From a virus: a stretch of 64,000 nt of DNA. Where the stretch lies: IMG/VR virus record IMGVR_UViG_3300045988_129382, positions 136,033-200,032 of that record; one strand, 5' to 3'. The stretch's first letter is position 1, and each line of letters begins with the position of its first letter. A program made the position numbers and the translations under genes. Below the pieces are notes generated by a model that saw nothing but the letters and a program-made list of their open reading frames with translations, was not told where the DNA came from and searched no databases. Positions 9,615 to 18,792 of the stretch are shown in pieces.

Positions 9615-10445
9615 ATGTTGAGTAGACGTAGTATTATTCTAGACTCATTGAGTACTCATAGAGTAGATGAGGGAATGCTTGATTCTATATCAAAAAATAG
9701 TTCAACTATGACTAGTGATAAATTATTTAAAGCGTTGCTTAGTTGTGATATAAATATTATACCTAGTAAGAATATAAGGTCTAATATGTCTTTTTATAAT
9801 AAATTACATTTTGATGATGTTGATTTTATTCTTGACTATAAAAAATTGCCTAATAGTAAAGGTAGGCATTATTATATTTATCACTTAGTTAAAAATAAAA
9901 AGCATTACATTATGATTAGTGCATCTTCCTATAGTATTACATTAAGTGGCTTGTCTAGGTGTTTTATCTATGAAGCAAGAGATGAAAGTGTGGTAGATTA
10001 CATTTGGGATTTAGTAGATAAAAATAAGGTAAATTTTGATATTAATCAACTAGGTTCAGGTTTAAAGGGTTGTAAGACTGTAGCTGATACATATCGTGTT
10101 TTTGGTAGTACATTATTAGCTACTGTGTATGGTACTACAGATGATATGCGTATTTTAGAAGACACAGAAGACGTCATGGGTGTATTATTTGAGAGTAGCA
10201 TGAGATTAGTCAAGGATGATTATAAAGGTGATTATAAATCTGATATGAGTGAGTTATCATCTTTATGTTCTGATTATGTGATTAAGCTCAATGATGATGT
10301 ACTTTCTGTTGAGTTTTACTTTAAAGATATTGAAAGTACTAATAAAGCATATGCTTTCTTTAATAAAAATTTGGGTAGGAAGAGCAATTTATATTCATTC
10401 TATTCAGATGGTATTAAGTGTGTTGGGTTAGAGTTTTATATTTAA
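9615..10445 (+). CDS. family-B paralogue 8
   Basis: Leader MLSRRSIILDSLSTHRVDE|GMLDSISKN. Motif LKGCKTVADTYR. Confidence 0.75.
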   Translation: MLSRRSIILDSLSTHRVDEGMLDSISKNSSTMTSDKLFKALLSCDINIIPSKNIRSNMSFYNKLHFDDVDFILDYKKLPNSKGRHYYIYHLVKNKKHYIMISASSYSITLSGLSRCFIYEARDESVVDYIWDLVDKNKVNFDINQLGSGLKGCKTVADTYRVFGSTLLATVYGTTDDMRILEDTEDVMGVLFESSMRLVKDDYKGDYKSDMSELSSLCSDYVIKLNDDVLSVEFYFKDIESTNKAYAFFNKNLGRKSNLYSFYSDGIKCVGLEFYI

Positions 10446-10458
10446 AAATGGTGGTATA

Positions 10459-11271
10459 ATGGGATATTTTAATATTATAGATTCATTGAATGATGTTAAA
10501 GTTAATGAGGGTATGGTAGATTCTATACCTAAGAATAAAAATAAAGATATTGATAAGTTAGTTGAGGCTTTGCTACGATGTGACATAGATTTTATTCCTA
10601 ATAAATATATTAAATCTGAAAAGTCTTTCTACAATAGGTCAAGTTTTAGTAAGGGTTTTGAAGACAATGTTATTAAATGGACACGTAATTTAAAGAATAA
10701 AAATCCTAATGGTAGAAAATTTTGCATGATTTGTCTTGGTGATGGCAACCGTTTTCTTATGGTTTCTGAGGTGCGTGATTTCACCGATTTATGTAGGTGT
10801 TTTATTTTTAAGGTACCAGATGAGTCTACTGTGGAATCTCTTTTTGAATCTGTACGTGAAGGGAAAATAACTTTTGATATAAATAATCCTAAGTTAGATG
10901 GTTGTAAGCTGATAACTGATACGTATTGTACTCAAGGTGTAGATTTTGCTGACATTGATACAGGTAGAGAAGTTATTACACATTATACACGTATATTAAA
11001 TGATACTGTGCTTGTTATGGAATATATGTTTAATAGACTTATCAAAGCGTTTAAACGTAGTTATGGAGATAAGTATGAATACGTTGTTGGGCAGATAGCT
11101 GAATTATGTGTTAATTTTGAGGTTTCAATCACAGATGATGGGTTTGCAGTTACATTTGATTTTGGTGGAGCTAGAAATTGCAATAAAATAGAAAAACTTC
11201 TTATAGCTAAAATGAGAAGTGCTTTTTGTTATATTCAGAAAGATGGTAAGAGTAAGATTAAATTAAGTTAG
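10459..11271 (+). CDS. family-B paralogue 9
   Basis: Leader MGYFNIIDSLNDVKVNE|GMVDSIPKN. Motif LDGCKLITDTY. Confidence 0.75.
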   Translation: MGYFNIIDSLNDVKVNEGMVDSIPKNKNKDIDKLVEALLRCDIDFIPNKYIKSEKSFYNRSSFSKGFEDNVIKWTRNLKNKNPNGRKFCMICLGDGNRFLMVSEVRDFTDLCRCFIFKVPDESTVESLFESVREGKITFDINNPKLDGCKLITDTYCTQGVDFADIDTGREVITHYTRILNDTVLVMEYMFNRLIKAFKRSYGDKYEYVVGQIAELCVNFEVSITDDGFAVTFDFGGARNCNKIEKLLIAKMRSAFCYIQKDGKSKIKLS

Positions 11272-11287
11272 TCATGGTGGTTATATT

Positions 11288-12082
11288 ATGTATAGTAAAA
11301 GTATTGGTACTATTTTAGAGGGGTTACGTAGTGACTCTAAAACACAAGTTAATGAGTCTGTTTCATTAATTAAGAGCATTGTAGATAGAGATATTAAAAC
11401 TTTGTCTAAGTGTAGTATTAAAGGTGATACTAACTTTGGTAAACATAGTAAGTATTATTTAAATATCATTAGGGGAGTTAATAAGGGTGATTTTAGTGAA
11501 TTACATTTCTCTAATGGGACATATGTAAAAGCGTATGTGAGTGATAAATCTGTTATGTTGTTATTAAGTCATTTAGTTGATATTTCCCCTAAATCTCATT
11601 ATATGAGTAATTCATTCATTCGTTATGAGTTTGATAGTAAAGAAACAGCATTGAGTTGTTTTAAAGAATTAGAGGGTGGTAAATATTCTTCTACAGAGGA
11701 TGCACTTAATACTACTTATGATATTATCATGACATATAATGGTAAAGATGTAGAAAGACATGTTGGTACTGAGAGTGGTAAAGCAAGTGCTAGTGCTGGT
11801 GCTAGGGTAGTATCTGCTTTACAGAGTGTGTTTGATGAGTGGGTTAATACACAATATGGTAAATCTGTTGATACGTTACCTGTGTTACATGATTGTTATA
11901 TCAATGGTGATGTAGATTATATCTCTAAACATAAAATTCCTGTATTAGAAGTGTATGTGACCTATTATATGGAAGATAAACAAACAGTAGATGCATTTAT
12001 ACATTTATTTGGTTCTAGATTAAATGGTTATTATAAGGTAGAGAAAGATAGTGTAGTCATTACATTACCTAGTGGGTATTAG
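11288..12082 (+). CDS. family-B paralogue 10 (divergent)
   Basis: Leader-like N-terminus MYSKSIGTILEGLRSDSKTQVNE|S. Position inside the array and similar length. Confidence 0.65.
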   Translation: MYSKSIGTILEGLRSDSKTQVNESVSLIKSIVDRDIKTLSKCSIKGDTNFGKHSKYYLNIIRGVNKGDFSELHFSNGTYVKAYVSDKSVMLLLSHLVDISPKSHYMSNSFIRYEFDSKETALSCFKELEGGKYSSTEDALNTTYDIIMTYNGKDVERHVGTESGKASASAGARVVSALQSVFDEWVNTQYGKSVDTLPVLHDCYINGDVDYISKHKIPVLEVYVTYYMEDKQTVDAFIHLFGSRLNGYYKVEKDSVVITLPSGY

Positions 12083-12086
12083 TTGT

Positions 12087-12934
12087 ATGAATATAAGAAA
12101 TAATATAATAGAGAGTTTATCTGAGGGTATGTTAAACAATACTAATCAGGTTAATAGTGTGAAACGTACTAAAAATGGTGATATGTTTGCTAAATGTCTT
12201 TCTAAGACTAGGGGTAGTTTAAGATATGATGACTTTCTTATCTTTTTAAGGTCATGTGCACTAATTCTGCTAGTAAATATACAAAAGTATTAAGTGGTTA
12301 TAATAAACTTAGATGTGTTAATAGTTATATGAGCATTGAGTGTGGTGATTGTGAGATACGTATTAAAACAAATAAGGAAGATGAGATTTATGTGTTTGTA
12401 GATAATCCGTATTCCAATAATAATACAGAAGCACAGATTAGAGATAATAATATTCTAGTGTATAAGGGTGACTACAGAGTATTTATAGGTGGTATCGTTA
12501 TTGATATGGTGCATGATATAGATGGTAGATGTAGTACGATTGATGAGTATGTTGATTTAATTACTGATTACTTAAAAGAAGAAGGATATACGTATTTCGG
12601 AACAACATATGGGGTTGATATGTCTGCTGATAGGAGTACTGAAAGCATTTTAGATGGTCAATACTCTTTTATGAGTGTTTGCGTTGGGGATGAGTTTTAT
12701 GAAGCATTTACAGACGATATACTAGGCACAGTGGTAGACGCTAGTGCAGAGGTGTATGTAGCAAAATTATACTCTAAGTTAAAGCTACCGACTTTGGGTT
12801 GTAGGATGACAATTTCTTTTACATCATCTAAGGAAGCTAAAAATATGTTGAAAGTGCTGGTAGATGTTGGTGTTGATGTATGGATAAATGATATTAAAGT
12901 AGTTGGAACTTCTTTAGTTATTGAGGTATACTAG
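12087..12934 (+). pseudogene. family-B paralogue 11, split by a frameshift (12087-12293 and 12254-12934 lie in different frames)
   Basis: Leader MNIRNNIIESLSE|GML is in frame 0. The body is in the -1 frame, open from 12233. The total span of 848 nt is not a multiple of 3. The overlap contains ATC TTT TTA AGG. Confidence 0.6.
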
Positions 12935-13680
12935 TGAATAAGATAAATAGTATATTAGAATCCTTATCAGAGGGTATGCTTGCTAATAGTTTCAAGTCAA
13001 ATGGTACATCTCTTAAAGCATTTAAAGATTTACTTAATGGTGATATACCTGATAGTATCGCTTTATTTGTTACTGGTATAGATTTTAATATAAGAGATAA
13101 CTATAAGTCAGTTTTAAAGTCTAAACGTCAACCTGACATGACTACATTATTGTCAAATGTATATCGTATTGGCGATACAGTACTGATGATAGAGTTTAAG
13201 TATATGACATTGCCTGTGTGTTTGTTAGTTAGCACTGGGAGTAATTCATTTGACGATGCGTGTATTAAGTTAGAGAAAGCATTTAAATCTCCTGTAGATA
13301 AAGCAATGGATATAATTTCTAACTTAACATTTTATAATGTAGTTGGTACTACGTATAATACGACTAGAGGTAATGGTACATTCTGTGTTGAGGCATCTGA
13401 AGTTATAGAGTCATTCTTGTACTGGTATTATAAAAGTGAATCTAATAAAGGTGTTAAGCGTTGTTGTATTGACAGTGAGTTATATAAGTATGTAACTGTT
13501 ACAGGCATTATATTTAAAAATTTGTGCTTTGGTAATACATCAGATTTACAAATAGATGTAGTGTGTTCTATTAATAGTGGTGATGATGGTAAGGTACGTG
13601 ATTTATTAAATACACCTATGAATATGTTCGCACATATTAATAATGATTCGCTTATCATTAGTTTATTGTTAAAATCATAG
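12934..13680 (+). CDS. family-B paralogue 12
   Basis: GTG start overlapping the TAG stop (TAGTG). Leader MNKINSILESLSE|GMLANS. Motif FYNVVGTTYNTTRG. Confidence 0.7.
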   Translation: MNKINSILESLSEGMLANSFKSNGTSLKAFKDLLNGDIPDSIALFVTGIDFNIRDNYKSVLKSKRQPDMTTLLSNVYRIGDTVLMIEFKYMTLPVCLLVSTGSNSFDDACIKLEKAFKSPVDKAMDIISNLTFYNVVGTTYNTTRGNGTFCVEASEVIESFLYWYYKSESNKGVKRCCIDSELYKYVTVTGIIFKNLCFGNTSDLQIDVVCSINSGDDGKVRDLLNTPMNMFAHINNDSLIISLLLKS

Positions 13681-13743
13681 ATTTTTATTGGTTTATTTAT
13701 TATATAATATTGTGTTTACTTTTTTAAAAAAGAGGTATAGTTA

Positions 13744-14511
13744 ATGAGAAAAGTTTTAGAAGCTTTAGATAATGAAAGTACAGTAGTACAGTTAAACGAA
13801 TACATTCATGATACTGTAGAGATTGAAAACATTGTACGTGATACATATGATGGTACAATTAATGCACTTGATGTAACATTGGTAGATAATGCTTTGACAG
13901 TAAAAGTGTTGTCTGATACAGAGATGGGTGAAGAAGTGTCTGATGCTGTATTATCTTATCTAGAGGACAAAGCTAGTTTTGATTATGAATGTGAATTTAA
14001 CACAAGTAGTGTACGTGTAGGTGGTGAGCAATTCATTCAATCTACAATTAATATTACTGCTACAGATAGTACAGTTGAGAAACGTAAAGTAGTAGAGTCT
14101 TTTGACGTAAACGAGGGTTCTGAAGATATAAAAAAGCTTTTTAGTGGAATTGCAAAACAGTTAGATTTTAAGATGGGACAAAAACTAACTAATAACAGTT
14201 CTTTTAAAAAGAAAACAGATATCAAAAAACCTAGATTGAGTAAAGAAGTAGATGGTTTTGTTGTTAACTTCTTTGAAACAGAGGAAGAGCAATGCTTTAC
14301 TATTATGAGTGGTAATGTTGGTGTATTACTTGCATATAAGATTGATGGTACATCTGATAAAGCGTATGATATGCTTAAAAAGTGTAATACTATTGATAAA
14401 GTAGAGCTATTAATTCGTTACCTTGTAGGTGTAGAGGAATTTGAAGTAGTTGGACGTGCCTATATCAATGATAAAGGTGATGTCGTTAAAGAGATTCCTG
14501 GTGTAATGTAA
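13744..14511 (+). CDS. hypothetical protein
   Basis: RBS AAAGAGG. Long ORF. The N-terminus MRKVLE|ALDNES resembles the leader only weakly. Confidence 0.65.
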   Translation: MRKVLEALDNESTVVQLNEYIHDTVEIENIVRDTYDGTINALDVTLVDNALTVKVLSDTEMGEEVSDAVLSYLEDKASFDYECEFNTSSVRVGGEQFIQSTINITATDSTVEKRKVVESFDVNEGSEDIKKLFSGIAKQLDFKMGQKLTNNSSFKKKTDIKKPRLSKEVDGFVVNFFETEEEQCFTIMSGNVGVLLAYKIDGTSDKAYDMLKKCNTIDKVELLIRYLVGVEEFEVVGRAYINDKGDVVKEIPGVM

Positions 14512-14519
14512 TAATATTA

Positions 14520-14548
14520 TTGATTTTTATACTATTATTAAGTATAAT
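14520..14548 (+). promoter_or_regulatory. sigma70-like promoter (TTGATT - 17 nt - TATAAT)
   Basis: -35 TTGATT at 14520-14525, a 17-nt spacer, and -10 TATAAT at 14543-14548, upstream of the HU gene. Confidence 0.5.
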
Positions 14549-14641
14549 GATTTTAGATTATATAGTGATATGTTAGTCCACGTAAGATATTTTAAAACAT
14601 ACACTAGATATTTTAATTTACGTAAGAAAGAGGTTCATAAC

Positions 14642-14920
14642 ATGAATAAAGTAGAATTAGCAGAAGTGTTGGTTAATAAAGAGTTAGTAGGTACTAAAAA
14701 AGTAGCTGTAGAAGTTGTAGAGACTTTGTTTGATACAATCACAGAAGAAGTTAAAAAGGGTGAAAAAGTGTCTATTCATGGTTTTGGTAGTTTTGAGCAA
14801 GTAGTACGTTCTGCACGTAAAGGTCATAACCCTAAAACTGGTGAAGAGATTACAATTCCTGAGAAAAAAGCACCAAAATTCACAGCATCTAAAGTATTGA
14901 AAGAGTCTGTTAACCAATAA
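14642..14920 (+). CDS. hup: HU/IHF-family histone-like DNA-binding protein
   Basis: GFGSFEQVVRSARKGHNPKTGEEITIPEKKAPKFTASKVLK matches the HU signature (GFGxF..R.aR.GrNP.TGe.i.I......F). Start chosen at MNKVEL behind RBS AAAGAGG. The ORF-track start at 14570 lies just downstream of the promoter -10 and has no RBS. Confidence 0.9.
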   Translation: MNKVELAEVLVNKELVGTKKVAVEVVETLFDTITEEVKKGEKVSIHGFGSFEQVVRSARKGHNPKTGEEITIPEKKAPKFTASKVLKESVNQ

Positions 14921-14935
14921 TAAATAGGTGGTTTA

Positions 14936-15448
14936 ATGGGAATTTTAAATAGTGCTAGTAATAGCATTACAGAAGCTTTATTACAAAAACGTAAGTCTTT
15001 GATTAATGAAGATGTTAAAGAGACTGAGTTTGAAAAAGAAGCTAAAGAGGAATTTGAGGAAGATTTAGATAATCAAGAGGTTATTGAGGGTTCTGAAAAT
15101 TCTGAGGAAGATGAAGAGATTACAGAGGCTAATGAAGATACAGTATCTGCTATAAATCTTATTATCAATGCTAACTATCAAAAATTGGTAGGTAGTAAAT
15201 ACTTCTTTGTGCCTGATACTGAAAACAATAATTTTGAAGAATATTCATTCTTTGTGTATGCATTGACTAATGATGGTATTGGTGATGAATCACAAGGTGT
15301 GAGTGATGTTACTAAGGTTGTTAAACGTGTTACTAAGAAATTCTGTGGTGATGCTCTTAATGACTATAGTGGTCCTGATGTGAGTAGGGTTAAAACAAAA
15401 GAATCTGATATTCTTAAATTTAAAGTTACATATAAAGTATCTAAATAA
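14936..15448 (+). CDS. acidic hypothetical protein with a leader-like N-terminus
   Basis: RBS AGGTGG. N-terminus MGILNSASNSITE|ALL, followed by a Glu/Asp-rich segment. Confidence 0.65.
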   Translation: MGILNSASNSITEALLQKRKSLINEDVKETEFEKEAKEEFEEDLDNQEVIEGSENSEEDEEITEANEDTVSAINLIINANYQKLVGSKYFFVPDTENNNFEEYSFFVYALTNDGIGDESQGVSDVTKVVKRVTKKFCGDALNDYSGPDVSRVKTKESDILKFKVTYKVSK

Positions 15449-15463
15449 GTATATTATGCTAAA

Positions 15464-15498
15464 AGAGTGTAGATTAAGTTCTACACTCTTTTTATTTT
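15464..15498 (+). terminator. rho-independent terminator
   Basis: AGAGTGTAG ... CTACACTCT stem followed by TTTTTATTTT. Confidence 0.8.
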
Positions 15499-15510
15499 GC
15501 AATTTACTAC

Positions 15511-15539
15511 TTGTAATATTTTGTAAAGTTAGTTATAAT
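15511..15539 (+). promoter_or_regulatory. sigma70-like promoter (TTGTAA - 17 nt - TATAAT)
   Basis: -35 at 15511-15516 and -10 at 15534-15539, directly after the terminator and upstream of the 15589 gene. Confidence 0.5.
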
Positions 15540-15588
15540 TAATTTGTATAAAAGTTCATTTCATTATTATAGTAAAGGAGATTTAATC

Positions 15589-17031
15589 ATGAGTGGACAA
15601 AGTAAATACCAATTAAAACAATATTCTGATGTATTTAATAAGAAAGTGGTAACAGATTATTTGTATCTTATGGATACAAGTGGTGCGTATGCTAGTGCTA
15701 TTAATAGTTGTGGTTCACAGGCTATTTTTGAGAGTACATTCTTAAATGGTGGTAGTAGCGATAAGATTTCTTCACATTATCGATACTTTAAAGATATTAC
15801 AAATTATATTCATAGCGTAAATGGTCAAGACATCGTAAAGATGGATGTCTTTGATTTGTTGTATGTGTTGTGTCATGGGAGACGGAAGATTAAATTAGAT
15901 TCTTTTGTTAATAATATTATGATTCGACATTATAATATTAAAATGTTGAATAACTTGTATTATTTGTGTGATGGTGCTAGTATTGGTTTTTCTGAGTATA
16001 CTAAGCGATTTGTGGCATTATATATCCGTACATTTAGTGAAGAAGCATATGAGGATTGTCAGTCATATGTTGATGATTTCATGTCTACTACACATAGCTT
16101 ATTGTATACATTTTCTAAACGTGTTTCTGAAGTATTTTCTGATGAGACATTTGAACGTGCATGTGTGTATGATAAAAAGTTGTATCTAACAACTAATTTA
16201 CGTACATTGTGGAGTAATAAATATGAGTCTAAGGGTGTATTAGTTGAGGATTGTATGAAGTTCTATTATGATATTTTAGAACGTGCTAAGAAAAATGCAT
16301 TTACTATGGCTAGGGAAGATAACACTAGGGATTTATATTCTTATATTAAAGAGTATACATCTGTTAATGGTGCTAAATGTTTGTCTACTAATAGTACAAT
16401 TAAACAATTCTTAGAAACAATGTTTGACTATATGGGATTAGTGTCTAGATATAAAGAGTTCGCAGAATATATTTTTGATGGTGCTGATTTCAATATGCTA
16501 GATAAGGAGTTTAGACTTCATAAGTATGGTATTAACAATGTTGATACATTGGTAGCTGTTATCAATAATGATTTGATTTGGGTAGCTATGGAGTTACCAG
16601 ATGATTATGAAGATTATATCTGTACTTCATCTTATGGTGATTATGCATCTGCTGAAGAGGTTGATGAAGAGTCTGATTGGGATGACGATATTGAAGATAC
16701 TGATGACGTAGAAGAAACTGATGTGAGTAAAGTGTGTATAAAATCTGATGGTACATTATCACAGGATAAGTTCAATGAAGAACTTAATACTAAGAGTATT
16801 GCATTTGACTTTAAGAATTCAGATGTAGCAGTAGCATATGATAGTTCTATGGTTCATTCAGTAATCTATGCTATTATTCGTGGCGATATTGATATGTCTA
16901 ATCTTCATGATAAATTGTACATAGAAGATATGTTTAGTTTCATTAAAGATATTGCTAGAGAGTCTAAAGATATTACCTATTATGCTGTAAGGGATATTAT
17001 TAATAGCTTTGTGTGTGATGTTATTTCATAA
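15589..17031 (+). CDS. hypothetical protein with an acidic C-terminal third
   Basis: Start at MSGQSKY behind RBS AAAGGAG. The TTG start at 15544 in the ORF track overlaps the promoter region. Confidence 0.7.
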   Translation: MSGQSKYQLKQYSDVFNKKVVTDYLYLMDTSGAYASAINSCGSQAIFESTFLNGGSSDKISSHYRYFKDITNYIHSVNGQDIVKMDVFDLLYVLCHGRRKIKLDSFVNNIMIRHYNIKMLNNLYYLCDGASIGFSEYTKRFVALYIRTFSEEAYEDCQSYVDDFMSTTHSLLYTFSKRVSEVFSDETFERACVYDKKLYLTTNLRTLWSNKYESKGVLVEDCMKFYYDILERAKKNAFTMAREDNTRDLYSYIKEYTSVNGAKCLSTNSTIKQFLETMFDYMGLVSRYKEFAEYIFDGADFNMLDKEFRLHKYGINNVDTLVAVINNDLIWVAMELPDDYEDYICTSSYGDYASAEEVDEESDWDDDIEDTDDVEETDVSKVCIKSDGTLSQDKFNEELNTKSIAFDFKNSDVAVAYDSSMVHSVIYAIIRGDIDMSNLHDKLYIEDMFSFIKDIARESKDITYYAVRDIINSFVCDVIS

Positions 17032-17098
17032 TGTAAGTAACGTAAATATAAATAAAACTGTAATCCATACAGGTGTGTTGTAAGGGGTATAGTGTTTA

Positions 17099-17482
17099 AT
17101 GGATATGTTAGTTCTTATCAGTCAATTCATAGGCTTTATTGTACTAGGTACATTTATTATGTATGTGGTCATTGAAGTTGTACGTGAAGCATGTATTCTA
17201 TTATATGAGTTGATTGGTTCTTTTAAGAGTGATGTTAAAGACATACATATAGGTGATAGTGCAACTAAAATATTGCTTATTTCGTTGTATAACAAAGGTT
17301 ATAGGTATGTTCGTCTTTTATATCATGAAGATGGTAAAAACTCATTACAGGTGGCAATTTCGCAAGATTTAGGGTATTGTGAGGAAGTATATGTAGATGA
17401 TTATATAGCGTTACAGTTATATAGTGCATGTATTGCCGATACAATAGCATATTCTATTGATGAAGTTATTAATAGGTTATAG
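17099..17482 (+). CDS. hypothetical membrane protein
   Basis: Hydrophobic N-terminal segment LVLISQFIGFIVLGTFIMYVVI. RBS AAGGGG. Confidence 0.6.
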   Translation: MDMLVLISQFIGFIVLGTFIMYVVIEVVREACILLYELIGSFKSDVKDIHIGDSATKILLISLYNKGYRYVRLLYHEDGKNSLQVAISQDLGYCEEVYVDDYIALQLYSACIADTIAYSIDEVINRL

Positions 17483-17495
17483 AGGTGTGTAGTAG

Positions 17496-17753
17496 ATGGA
17501 TATTAAAGTATTAGATTCTAAGTATGTTGATAGTTCTTTAGTCAACTCATTATTAGAGAAGCATGTTAGTAGTGAGGCTGATTTCTTAAATGCAATAGCT
17601 ACTATGAAAGAGAAAGCTAGGGTAGAATTTAACAACGTACAGGGGAATAAAGATAGTGCTAATAGTGAGGATTCTATTGTTGCACATGCTGACTATGAAA
17701 TGTTATCTGTAGTAGAGTCATTAGCTAAAGCATATTTCGGTAGTAACAATTAA
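17496..17753 (+). CDS. hypothetical protein
   Basis: 85-aa ORF behind RBS GAGGTG, followed by a terminator. Confidence 0.55.
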   Translation: MDIKVLDSKYVDSSLVNSLLEKHVSSEADFLNAIATMKEKARVEFNNVQGNKDSANSEDSIVAHADYEMLSVVESLAKAYFGSNN

Positions 17754-17823
17754 AGTAATTAGATAGTTTAATACCTAAATTTTTATATTGTAGGTTAACA
17801 ATTATCTGTATTATTATACAAGA

Positions 17824-17862
17824 ATTGAGGTATTTTCCATAGGGATTTACCTCAATTTTTTG
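17824..17862 (+). terminator. rho-independent terminator
   Basis: ATTGAGGTA ... TACCTCAAT stem followed by TTTTTT. Confidence 0.75.
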
Positions 17863-17940
17863 TATATATTTATAAAATTTGTGTATAAGAGATTTTAGGT
17901 ATTTTATTAAGTTTACAATACAAAGGATAGGTTTTAGTAT

Positions 17941-18786
17941 ATGGTATATTTAATTGGTGATATTCATGGTGATATTACACAGATAATGAGGGAAAATCTT
18001 CATAAGAATAACATTAAGGTTAAACGTGGTGATACAATTATTGTGTTGGGTGATTTTGGTGTTATGTTTAGTGATACTGAACAGCATAGACAGTCTTTAG
18101 GGTACATTAGTAAGTTAGATTATAATGTAGCTTTCATAGATGGAAATCATGAGAACTTTGAATATCTTAATTCATTACAAATAGTAACTAAGTGGGGAAA
18201 TAAAGTACATAAACTTAATAACAGATGCTTTCATCTTATGAGGGGAAACATATATAAGATTGAGGGGAATAAGTATCTATGTTTTGGTGGTGCTAAATCT
18301 ATTGATAGAGATAGCCGTGTATTAGGTAGGAGTTATTGGTTAGAGGAAGAGCCATCTTTTGTTGATATTAACACTTTGGGTAAATCAATCGATGATACTA
18401 GTGTTGAAGATATAGATTTTATATTGACTCATACATGTAGTAATCATGTACTTCATAAGATGAAAAGTATTAAACCTTTTGATGATGATTGCCAGACACG
18501 TTCTGCATTAGATAGGGTTTACGATTTATTTAAAGATAAGAGTTGCGTGTGGTTTTATGGTCATTTTCATGTTCATGAGATTGTTGATAAAAAGTATATA
18601 TGTTTAACTAATGAGAATGTATACTCTATAATGAGAGATAAGTCTGTAGGGTATCATGAGCATCCTTTTGACTCAGATACATTTAGGTTCTTTGATTATG
18701 TATCTTTACAGCGAATAAATAAAATGTTTAGTAGTATACATACTGATAATGTTAAAGAGGTACAGAGATTGTATAGTGAGGAGTAA
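17941..18786 (+). CDS. calcineurin-like metallophosphoesterase (Ser/Thr phosphatase family)
   Basis: Ordered motifs LIGDIHGD, VLGDFG, DGNHEN and GHFH. Confidence 0.85.
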   Translation: MVYLIGDIHGDITQIMRENLHKNNIKVKRGDTIIVLGDFGVMFSDTEQHRQSLGYISKLDYNVAFIDGNHENFEYLNSLQIVTKWGNKVHKLNNRCFHLMRGNIYKIEGNKYLCFGGAKSIDRDSRVLGRSYWLEEEPSFVDINTLGKSIDDTSVEDIDFILTHTCSNHVLHKMKSIKPFDDDCQTRSALDRVYDLFKDKSCVWFYGHFHVHEIVDKKYICLTNENVYSIMRDKSVGYHEHPFDSDTFRFFDYVSLQRINKMFSSIHTDNVKEVQRLYSEE

Positions 18787-18792
18787 AGTACT

